Positions 26,494-36,751 of a stretch of DNA of 64,000 nucleotides are shown here, piece by piece (position 1 is the stretch's first letter; each line of letters begins with the position of its first letter). This DNA comes from Coniocarpon cinnabarinum (taxonomy: Eukaryota), in the NCBI GenBank assembly GCA_051942205.1, contig JAVECO010000129.1, positions 1 to 64,000 on the forward strand, given 5' to 3'. The position numbers and the translations under genes are program-made. The notes beneath the pieces were generated by a model. The model had not been told where the DNA came from, made no database searches, and worked only from the letters and a program-made list of their open reading frames with translations.

Positions 26494-28933
26494 CTAGGAA
26501 GAGACATCACTGGGCAAATTGTAATCTTTGGCATCGGAGTGAGCAAAAAATTCCGCTGGTGTGGAACTCAGGTCCATTTGTAATGAATCGAACAGCCTGT
26601 CGTGGGAAAACATGTAAACTTGCGGGTCTGCAGCGTCGAAGATTTCGTTTGGTGCAATTCCTGTTGATAGTGCCAAGGAATTGTCGCCATTTCCAAGATT
26701 GAAAATGGACCCGTCGTGTGAATGTGTATCGTTCGTCATACCATCTGATGATCCGGGATGCATACTGCATGAGTACTGCCGCTGGTTGTGCTCTGATGCG
26801 AATTGGACTAGGCTTCGGTGGAAAGCAGCCAATTTCCAAGCATACGTGTTGTTATCGGCTAGATGAGATGTCTGATAGACAACATGCGCATAGGACTGTA
26901 GCAAGAACAAGTCGTGCTCAAGTGTGTTGGAAAACCCGGCGTCGCTTTTGTTGTTTACGATTTGGGCAAAAATTACGTAAAAAGCGACTGGTGGATAAGA
27001 CGCCACAAGCCTATCCTTAGTGTAAGTCTGAGTCGGTCAGGACACGTGCAGTACTCACCGAGCTACGCACTCACGGGTGCCGAGGTGGGAGTCATTGTTC
27101 CACATGTCCATGAGTAATCTGAGACAAGCTCTTGAGTCCATGGTGATGTCCATATCCTCCTCGTATATTCCATGTAATGACCACGCCAGCGACACCCTCA
27201 TGGTGTAATAGCGTACTTCGAGCTCAGCACTCGCGCATGGACAGGTTGGTAATGCGTTTTCGGTTGGTATACCTGCTGAATCGCACTCTGAGTTAAGCTT
27301 TGATCTGCATTGAATCCACCAATCTCTGAGCTCCTCTCGAAGAGACATCTTGTTCTGATACATCTGAATAAACGTTTGACCGTGAGCTTGTACCGGATCC
27401 GAGGCGGCGAAAACTCGGTTCTCGATCTTAACGAGACTGAGGCGAGCCTTTCGGTACGCTGAGAGCGGTTCATTGACTTGGGTGTGTTGCCTCATCGATG
27501 CCAAAGCCGCTTCCGCTGCCTCCGTAGACGAGAAAAGTGGCTGACGACCAGATACCCAACTGACTGAGCTTCCTATGGTACATAGGCATGTCAAGACATT
27601 GAGCGACTCCTCAAAGTCTTCATCAGCGCTGTTTTGACGAGTGAACGATGAGAGAGAGTCGAGACCTGTGCATCGTGCGACGTAGGCTGCTTGATGGAAC
27701 AGCCGGCTAAGGACATCGGTGTTCCAATGCCGCTGTGCAACTAGGCACTGTACCACTATCAGTTCATCCTGCGTTTCGCATTCAAGGAGCGAAGAAGAGG
27801 TGAAGAAACAAGTGATGAAGGAATCAGAGGTCAGGAAAGAGAAGGTGAGGAAAGAAGAGGTGAAGCGGACGTACTAGTGAGAGGAGGGCTTGAATGTTGA
27901 GAAGGCTTGGCGACAAGAGCTGTTCAATCCTATTGAGTGCACGTCTCGCATTTTGTAGAAGCGTTTTCAGAAACATGAGCTCCATTGGAGATTGCGGCAG
28001 CTCGGCTACTGGCGAGCGGCGGTGGTGTTGTTGCCTCTCCGACTGTTGACTCATGCACTTGGCAGACAACGTCACGAGAACCAGATTGTTGGCACATACA
28101 ACAGTCGCATGGTTCGGTGGCCCGGCACGACTGGTCGCGCGGTTCATCATTCTCGTAAAGCCGTTCCGCGTCCAAAGTGGCATCGACGGGCTGATGTAAT
28201 TGTGAAACGACTGTGTCATTGAGTGGACCAGGTCCAAAATAGGCATTTCGGGGGCGACATCCTCAGTCATACCGTCCAAGAAATCATCTGATGCGTCCAC
28301 GATGGCTTTCAGGGTATCTCGCGCTGCGATGGTCTCGACCCGCCCGCCAAGCTCGTCATTCTCCAGGCAGAGGTCCGGACAGAGCTTCTGTGCATCTTGG
28401 GCGAGGGATTGAAGGGTCACTGGTCCTGTTGGCTGATGATTGCTGGCTCTGACCAAACTTGAGTCCCGAGACGGGTGCAGTGCGTCATGAGAAAGATATT
28501 CATGCAGCGATTCAGGAGCACTGGGAGCGCCGCGCTCCTCTTCCTCCTTTTGCAGTTTCTCAAAGGATTGTTGCAGCTCTCGTATCACACTCTCCACTTT
28601 GTCGAAGCGTGCACCGAGGAGTTCTACACTCTGACTCCTGCATGGGAGTTTCTTGTCAGGATTGCACAACACGGAGGCGCAAGTTGGGATCTCAAGACGT
28701 CGCTTACAATGTTGTGGTCTGACTTGGCTTCTTGCCATGGCCTGTCCAGGAGCACGTCTGCCGTAATCGCTGGCAGTTGGAGCAGCTGGGTCGCTCACGA
28801 CCGCACCGAATCTTCTTGACACGGCATGGGTCACACACTTTGTGGTCCCAGTCAGTAAGGCGACGGCGATACGGTCCCTCGACGCTCAGTCACCTAATGG
28901 TTCTTTACGCTCCTGGCTCGAAGAAGACTCCAT
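26494..28933 (-). CDS. Zn(II)2Cys6 transcription factor with fungal-specific middle region (multi-exon; start may extend to ~29112)
   Basis: Exon at ~28838-28708 encodes CDPCRVKKIRCGRERPSCSNCQRLRQTC (C-x2-C-x6-C-x6-C-x2-C-x6-C), then a coiled coil (ARFDKVESVIRELQ) and PSLLNIQALLSL; ORF fragments are linked by GT-AG introns. Confidence 0.9.
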
Positions 28934-30050
28934 TCGTCTGTTTGGTCAGCGTCACAGCGATGATGTAGATGCTGGGTTGACGTACGTTTGTTTCATGCTT
29001 GCCCTGCACGCTCGACCCGACACTAGACGTGGATCCAAGAAAGATGGCATAGGTATCCAGGTCCAGGCAGAGGCGCTAGTGATCGGCGAAGGTGGCCTTA
29101 CATACCAGACATGAAGCTGATCGGATTTCGGTAGGCATTGCGTCAGCGAGGGCTCTCACAGGGCACAGCAAGTGCCCGAGTGTGAGATGAGCCCCTCCAG
29201 CTGCTGATCCTCTTGATCCTACACGAGTTGCAAACGAATAGGGGGAGGGCGAGGCGGTTGCCCTTCTTGTCGGATGCGCTGGGTTGGATACGGTCGTGGA
29301 GCCGCAAGAGCCACGTGGGCGGGAGAGCAGGCTTCAGGCACAGGATGCTGGCTGACGGGACGGGTTCTTTCTTTTTTTCTCTCTTTTTTTCCTTGCCAAT
29401 GCAGTGCTGACTCGACGGGAGGCATGAGGGCGTTTGCTCGCATCCATGTGCGTATCCGGGGCTGGGGAGTCCGGCGGGCGGTGACACGGAACCACAAGGG
29501 AGGCCTGACACGCCCGCACGTCCACCGCCTTTCCAATGACTAGAGAGGTGTGCGATGCGGAGATGACGGGGCGCCCTGGAGCAGCGCAGCAGCCTGTGCC
29601 CACGAGCACGATGGGGAAATCAGCAGGCTGTCGAGATGCATGCAGGAGGTGCCGGAGCATTGGGCGTACCTCACATTTCCGCATGCGGTCACGGCGATCA
29701 GAGCGGAGTGGCGGCTATTCGTCGATGCGCCGCGCACTCGAGGGGCGTGGTATAACGAGCGGAGTCGACAGCATCGCCAATGCGCTGACGAGGTGCGAGG
29801 CCGCTGCAACTGCCTGGTGCAAAAGGGCGGGCTCTCGAGGGCACACCGGATGCGTAAGCCCGTGTGCGGCGAGGCTGGTGCAGGTGGTGCATGTGTACAT
29901 GTGCATGTGCATGTGGGCTAAAAGGAAGAAGGAGGTGGGCTCAACGTGAACGTGGTCGCTGCAGCACACATGCAGACGACGCTAGGCAGACTTGCATATC
30001 GTAGCACCTCCCAGCATCTCCTGCCACCCTGCTTCTCCAAAAAGGCGGAT

Positions 30051-30076
30051 GCGAAAATGCGAAAATGCGAAAATGC
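30051..30076. repeat. Short tandem repeat (GCGAAAAT)x3
   Basis: gcgaaaatgcgaaaatgcgaaaatgc read directly. Confidence 0.8.
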
Positions 30077-31181
30077 ATCTCACGCTCACAGTTGCGGTGG
30101 AGAGTCTGCTGGATGCCTGCATGCCGAGACACACACGCGGCTATCTCACATTGAGTGCCGCCGAGTGCTGTCCGTGTATGCCTCACGTCGCATCGCTTAC
30201 CTACCCAGCACCTGGGTGCCGGGCTACGTACTCTGTGCCGCACTCGAAATGAATGCACAACACTCATCGAAGACCTCATACCTATCGTGTCTATATGCGG
30301 CCTTGGCAGCGGGTGATCGGCGTTCCCCGTCGCCCCCCAACACCTCACCTCGAGTCTCCTCCTACAGCGTGATCGCGGCGCGGCAGCCACCCCCGGGTCA
30401 TGCTATTGACACTTGCGTTTCGCGCTGCACTCCATTCGTGGCGTCTGGGGCTGGCGTCACCGCGTCAGCATCACCAGACGTGCGTCAGGCGGGGCCAGGC
30501 GATGCGCCGTGCCAAGGCCGCTGATGCCTTGTATTTCTTCTTACTCGAATGTATACAGAATGCAAGTCCCTTTTCTCAGATTTCGTGATTACGTCCATGG
30601 AGAAGGATGGAAAAGAGACCACATGGGATTAAGAAGCAGTAAGGTATCTCCATGGGTGCCAGAGAGCCCCGGGCTCCGGATTAGCTAAGCTTGAGAAAAG
30701 AGGAACGAGCACGTGACGACACAAGCAGACAATGAGATTTTGTGCATGCAAGAATCGTCGATCCCGACTAAGAAAATATCTCAATAGTATCTGCCTAATA
30801 ACAGTGGTAGAGCTGAAGAGTTGCCGCTTCTGCACAAATCTCCGAGATTCCGGAGCCAGGATGTGTACTTCCCGCGCCGCACAATCTCAATGCTTGTGGT
30901 GCACGTGGGCTTTGGCCATTCTGCGCATGACTTTCTGGCCCATGTTGGCCTTGTGCTGGGAAATGATTGCCCATGCTTTGGTTACCTATCAAGCTTCATG
31001 CAACACTGCATCGAAGCTGTCACCCGGTAGCGGATTAAGTCTATGACCCTTGCAGTCACGTGGCATTTCTTACTTGTCTCACGTGATCTGAGCGGTGTCC
31101 ATCATCATCTTACGCGCACGCGCAACACAATGGACGAAAAATTCCTTGAGTACTTGCGATACGTACAAAAATCCAGAGACC

Positions 31182-32168
31182 CTACATGGTGGCCGTGTTG
31201 CCCGTGTCATCCTTGCCGCCTTCTCGCTCCTTGACCAGCTCGAGCATGTCCTCCATCGCTCCGTTGTGGTCCACCAAACCCAGGTGAAGAGATACGTCGG
31301 CATAGTCTTTGGTCCACAAGCCGGGACTGCCACGAGGGTACTGCGAGCGAAAGCCGAGGAACCTCTGGCCCCTGCGGCTCAGCTTTTTGGCAGTTTCGGT
31401 CTTGACTATGAATGGATGGGCTTCGGCAGGCGTCAGAAATGAAGCGCACACTGACAACTGTACACAGGCCCTTTCCTGAGTCGTGGTATTGGCGCCCATG
31501 CCATGAACGACTTTGCCACTGATGAGCAGACAGTCACCGGCTTGCATGGACGCCGGGATAGTCTGGTCCATGCTGCCGCGCTGGTCAAACTGCCATTTGT
31601 TGCTTCCAGGAATGACACGCGTGGCGCCATTCTCGTCGGTGAACTCCTTCAATGCGACGAGGAAATTGATCTGAGCCTCGGTTCCCTCTGGACCCAGCCC
31701 TGCGTACGGTGGGTAGGAGCCTAAGTCGCGATGGAGTGCTTGTGGATCCTGGGGCCCAAGGGCGTTGAGCGTAGTAGCGGCTGCGAGCCAGTAGTCGCCG
31801 ACATTTCCACCCTCGCTGAAGCAGCGCTTGCAAATGTTGTGGATGAGATCGTTCTCAACCACGCGGTCCCGGAACAGGGGGCTGTTGTTGATTAGATCGC
31901 CTGCACGCTTGGTTTTCCTGCCGTGGAAGGCCTGAAGAGGCGGGTAGTCGAAGATGCTTCCACGCTGGACGTTGTCGAGAATGGGCTTGAACTCGCGATT
32001 CATCTGATCAACTTGATCCGGCGACAGGAGCCCCTGAATCACGATGGCGCCATCTTCGTTCCAGTACTGGAAAATCTCGTCCAAAGGTGTGCTGTACGTG
32101 ACCCGACGGAGACTTTTGCGGCCATTTGACTGGGCGGTCTGGGCAGTGTCTTGCGGAACTCGCCACAT
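31182..32168 (-). CDS. 2-oxoglutarate/Fe(II) dioxygenase, phytanoyl-CoA hydroxylase (PhyH) family
   Basis: 328-aa ORF; HxD (QALHRD), FTDENGATRVIPGS, distal His (VVHGMGAN), Arg of ERAC. Confidence 0.92.
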   Translation of the reverse strand: MWRVPQDTAQTAQSNGRKSLRRVTYSTPLDEIFQYWNEDGAIVIQGLLSPDQVDQMNREFKPILDNVQRGSIFDYPPLQAFHGRKTKRAGDLINNSPLFRDRVVENDLIHNICKRCFSEGGNVGDYWLAAATTLNALGPQDPQALHRDLGSYPPYAGLGPEGTEAQINFLVALKEFTDENGATRVIPGSNKWQFDQRGSMDQTIPASMQAGDCLLISGKVVHGMGANTTTQERACVQLSVCASFLTPAEAHPFIVKTETAKKLSRRGQRFLGFRSQYPRGSPGLWTKDYADVSLHLGLVDHNGAMEDMLELVKEREGGKDDTGNTATM

Positions 32169-32457
32169 GTTGGACTGTTGCTCACACGACAGGGATCACG
32201 GTTGAGAGTTGTTGCTCAATTCCAGTCCAGGTCGCGAGCCCCTACGATGGCGAGGTTTGGGGTTGCAAAGCTATGAGTATAACGGCAAAAGCCCTCCTGA
32301 GCCCACGAGGCGGTGAATTGAAGTAGGGCAACCGCTTTGGTCCAAGGCTCTTGGGATCACACAATCACGTTTCCTGCGATGAGGCGGCTTCAAACCCTTC
32401 GTCCAGAGGGCCGGTTGGCTTACAGCTAAAAGTAGTCCACGAGGCCGATGGCTCCCT

Positions 32458-32476
32458 TTTCCGGAACCGGGCCGCG
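32458..32476. promoter_or_regulatory. Candidate site TTTCCGGAACCGGGCCGCG in the divergent dioxygenase/MFS promoter
   Basis: Contains CCG-N8-CCGCG; its first 12 bp match the reverse complement of 36500-36511 in the SDR/oxoamine synthase 2 promoter. Confidence 0.4.
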
Positions 32477-32710
32477 GCGAGCTTTCTGGCTTGTACGGGA
32501 TCCGCGCGCCGTGATGCAACCGGAAGACGTCTCCCACGCGACTGCAACTAACTCCGCGTGGCCCCTATTTGAAGCGTTCGCCTAGTTCATATCCTGGCTC
32601 GCGCAGTCTGAGGAAGGAGTCCTGCCTGAGATTCCCGACCGTCTTGTCGCGTCGTCGTTGTCAGGGTTTTCCTCTCCCACCCTGTCATCGCCACCAGTCT
32701 CTTTGCGCGG

Positions 32711-34409
32711 ATGACTACTGCTGTGCCCAAGGATACACAGGCGCTGGCGTTTGTCGCCAGTGAAACAGGAGTCCGCCCGGCACCGAGAAAGAAGCCCTTG
32801 GCCTTCTATCTGGCCTTTGCGGGCCTCGCGTTCGTTGTCCTCGTCTTCCAAATCGATGCCACCGCCTTGGGAATTGCTGTCCCTGTGAGCAGACCTCATC
32901 AACAAGGCGCTATGCCTGAGCTCCTGATACTGATCAGGCACTCAGACTATAACTGCTGACCTTCATGGCACCTCGCTGGAAGCCTTCTGGGCAAGCATCG
33001 CATACTCACTCGGCGTTATCGTCACCCAACTGCACTGGACTGCATTCTCTGATGTATTCGGACGCAAGACACCACTCCTCATTAGCATGGTCTTGTTTGC
33101 GATCGGTTCATTGGTCTTCGCCCTCGCACAAGACATGGGCACCGTGATTGCTGGTCGCGCGCTACAGGGATTCGGCGGAGGCGGAATTGACGTCCTTGGT
33201 GAGGTCATTATTGCCGACATTACAACTTTGAATGAACGCAGCTACTGGCTTGGCTTGATGGGCATTCCGATAGCCGTGGGCATTGTCATGGGCCCCATCA
33301 TCGCTGCGCTCTTCACCACTCAAGTCAGCTGGCGATGGCTCGGCTGGCTGAATCTTCCGGTTCTCGGCGTCTCTTTCCCCCTGATCATTTACTATCTACG
33401 CTTGAAAGCCGTGGATCCTGAGACAACGAAACTTTCAAAGCTCAAACGCATGGATTGGGTGGGCATGACTGTTTCCGTCGTGGGAATTCTTGCGTTCATC
33501 CTACCGCTTTCGTGGGCTGGGTCGCTGTTTCCATGGTCCTCATGGAAGACGATATTGCCACTGGTGCTCGGGCTTCTCGTTCTCGCCGGCTTTCTCTGGT
33601 ATGAGAGGCGCCCGGAATGGCCACTTGTGCCCCTTCGCCTCTTCAAGTCGATAACAGCAAGCACGACACTGGTTGGCGCCTTTGCGCATGGCGTGATGTT
33701 GGCAGTGGTCCTACAGTATCTTCCATTCTTCTATCAATCTGCTCAGTTGCAGTCTGTCATCGGTTCGGCCATTTCCATCTTGCCAGCCAGTCTTGTCAGT
33801 GTCGTCTCCGCTGTGGGAGCGATGGGGCTGGTGTCACTTGCTGGTGGTGGATACACTTGGGCCATTCGTGCCTCGTGGGTCATCCTTACGGTTGGCACAG
33901 GTATTCTTGCGCTGCTTGACCTGGGCTCTAACCGCTCCGAGCGTCAAGGTTACCCGATTTTGTGGGGTATCGGTGTGGCCCTTCTGCGCCTGCTCCTGCT
34001 TCCTATCCAAGCTAGCGTGGAGAACGTTAATGACACCGGTCTGGCTACCTCGTTGCTCTTGTTCGTGCGCTTTCTTGGCAACCTTGTTGGGCTCGCCATT
34101 GCGTCAACGACCTTCAACACCACATTCGCCCAAAATATACGTCCAATTGTCCAGGACCTTCAGGGACCTTTGAGTGTGTTGAAGGACGCCGATGAAGCCA
34201 TTGGGTTCGTGCCCCTGCTCAGGGACTTGCAGCAGCAAGTCGATCCAAGAGTCTTGACTGAAGTCTTGAGAGCGTATCTGGAAGGTTTTCGCACTATTTT
34301 CTATGTCATGACCGGCATCGGCGGAGTGGGTTTCGTGACTTCGCTATTTACCAAAGAAATAAGTCTGGAAAGTAGGGGAACCAGCGCCCAAATGTTCGAA
34401 TTGAAATAG
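32711..34409 (+). CDS. MFS drug/toxin efflux transporter, 14-TM type (exons 32711-32884, 32946-34409)
   Basis: Many hydrophobic helices; SDVFGRK motif A, GRALQGFGGGG, GPIIAA, SWRWLGWLNLP. Confidence 0.92.
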
Positions 34410-35175
34410 ATTGCCATACAGACTATAGACTGCATCTCATGTACGACTACTACAGAGCATTGGAAGTTCTAATACATCATCTGGAGGCGCTGCTGATTTG
34501 GGTCCTGGAGGCACCTGTCGTGTACAAATTTTTTGGCAATTGCCGCAATTTCAACCCTGAGCCAGTGGGAGTGGTTCCTGCTGGTCAGTTTCACGAAAGG
34601 TTTGCCATCTGACTGCTACGTCAAACCAACACTTTGTGGTAAAAACAGGTTTTGGAGCACATTGGCTTGGACTCACTTGGCCAAGCCTGTCACATGGTCA
34701 CGATTCGAGTTAGCAAATAAGAGGCACTCCGATCAGAGCAAGGTTCTCATACGAGAGTAGATGCTTCAGCATAGTTCAGGGCTTGGTGCGGCGTACCGGT
34801 TTTCGCCATCATACTGATAGCTCAAAAGCCTTTATTCCCTTCATACCAGGGGCTCTCTCCCAAAACTTATGCCTCACTGTATCTACTGAAAATCGACATC
34901 GACTTGATTCGACGACCATCGTGAGACGGCTTCATGAATAATTCAGGCATCCTCAACGCCTGCTTCAGCTCCCGCGACCATCTGATATATTCGCTAAAGC
35001 GTTGGGCAAGTCCGGCCTGGAGAGTATTGATGGAGATGGCCATCCGCTGCTTGATAGCCTGAACATACGGATTTGCAGCTGTTACGCACTGAGAGGAAGC
35101 ATCATTATGAGCACTCTTGCGCAACGAGCGGGTAAAATGTTGCGCTCTTCAAAATCTACCTCAGCCAGTGCCACG

Positions 35176-36324
35176 CTACTTCATCCCTCCTCCGAATCCA
35201 TCTTTCTTGATCTCGTTCTCCCACTGGCGCCTCAAGTATGGCCAGACGATCCAGCTGACTATGGATCCCACCACGGAATCGAAGATACCCCAGCCGCGCT
35301 TGGGCGACGGCCCAGTCATGGCGGTGAAGAGCAAAGACGCGGCTATTGAGTCCTTGCAAATGATAAACTCGTTCTTTTCAGCGGCCGAAATGATCTGTGA
35401 GGCCACCTTGTCCGATGACGGATACTTGGCCTCCAATTCTGCGATCGTGTGGTTGAGGCCCTGGATGCGTTTGGTGAGGGGCGTTTTCGTGTTCTGTTCG
35501 AGATAGAATCCGGGCGACACAAAATCGCCAGGAAAGGCGCAGTGAATACTGTATGTGCATGAGGGCGAGCAGTATCGCAGAAGTTCCATCCTCAGCGAGT
35601 CGGCCAGCGCGCGTACGGCGACTTTAGCAGCTGTGAAATTATGCTTTGTTACTATTGTCTCTTGCGGCTACGGCATAGAAAGGATCACTTACGTGTGTAG
35701 GCGATTGATCCAGGCATGCTCAGGAATGCCGCACATGAACTAACGAAGACAATTCTTCGAGTTTGATGATAGTCTGCGCTGGGTGCTGCATCGCTGCCGC
35801 CTTTTACCCACAAGTCAAGCACGGCTTTAGCGGGAAGCATAGCTGCGTAATAGTTGTTTTTCATGCAAGATTCGAGCTGGGTCGCTTTGATATCGACAAA
35901 GAAGCCATTCTCAGCATGGTTTCCTCCTGCACAGCAATACAGTTCGTCTGGAATTCGAGGCTGTGCGCGGAAGGCTGCTTCGACCTATTTCAACGACGGT
36001 ATGAGCTTCGATTTGCCTAGAGAAACGGGTCACTGAACTCACCTCCTCTGCACTGCTCAAATCTATCGACACGGTCTTGATTTCTTGGTCGTTGGAGGTT
36101 ACGCAGGCTTCGATTTCCTTCCTCGCTGAATCCAAGCGGTCCTGTGAGCGGGCGACGATAGTGACGTGGGCACCTCGGGCGGCGAAACTTTTCGCTACTG
36201 CAGCGCCGAGTCCGCTAGAGCCACCACACACCACAACGTGCTATCATAGAATCAGTCTCAGTGCCATTTTGTGGTCGATTCACGTAAGCGGAGACCCGCG
36301 CACCTTGCCACGAAGATCACTCAT
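35176..36324 (-). CDS. Short-chain dehydrogenase, 3-ketosphinganine reductase (Tsc10/SphF)-like, ~321 aa (exons 36324-36304, 36240-36043, 35984-35693, 35630-35176)
   Basis: VVCGGSSGLG, GAHVTIVAR, LYCCAGG, MKNNY, IVFVSS, YTPAK (YxxxK across an intron), LADSLRME, FPGDFVSPGFYLEQNTK; an in-frame upstream ATG exists at 36405. Confidence 0.88.
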
Positions 36325-36751
36325 TCTAGCTTTTACCAAGATTGCAAACTTCTGTCGCGGGACCTCGAAACACCCCACTGAGGGCAAATATCGAGCCAAT
36401 GGCATATATATCGCGCCGTCGCTCCGCTGACATCCTCGACCACCCGTCCGCTACAAAATCTTACGTCCTGCCCGGTCCGACTCGCGCCGGGACATGCATC
36501 GGTTCCGGAAAGCAGATCCCGTGTCGCCGCGTGCTTGCCCGTCCTCGCACATGGTCGGCACGTTTCCACGTGCATCGTCATGTCAGGGCGGATCCGGCCG
36601 TGCTTAAAAGATCGCGCATCTCCAAAGATCTCTTCCTGGCGTCGGCATTCGACAACACCTCACATCGCAAGAGTCCCATTCCTTGTTCTTATTATCATCT
36701 TTCACAGCACATTGGAAGCTTTACTTGTGCACTTACTTTTCACAGCCCAGC

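Noticed and set aside
29113..31181. Many overlapping 60-190 aa ORFs between the regulator and the dioxygenase
   Set aside because: GC-rich promoter-type sequence; Cys/Arg-rich translations lack any family motif
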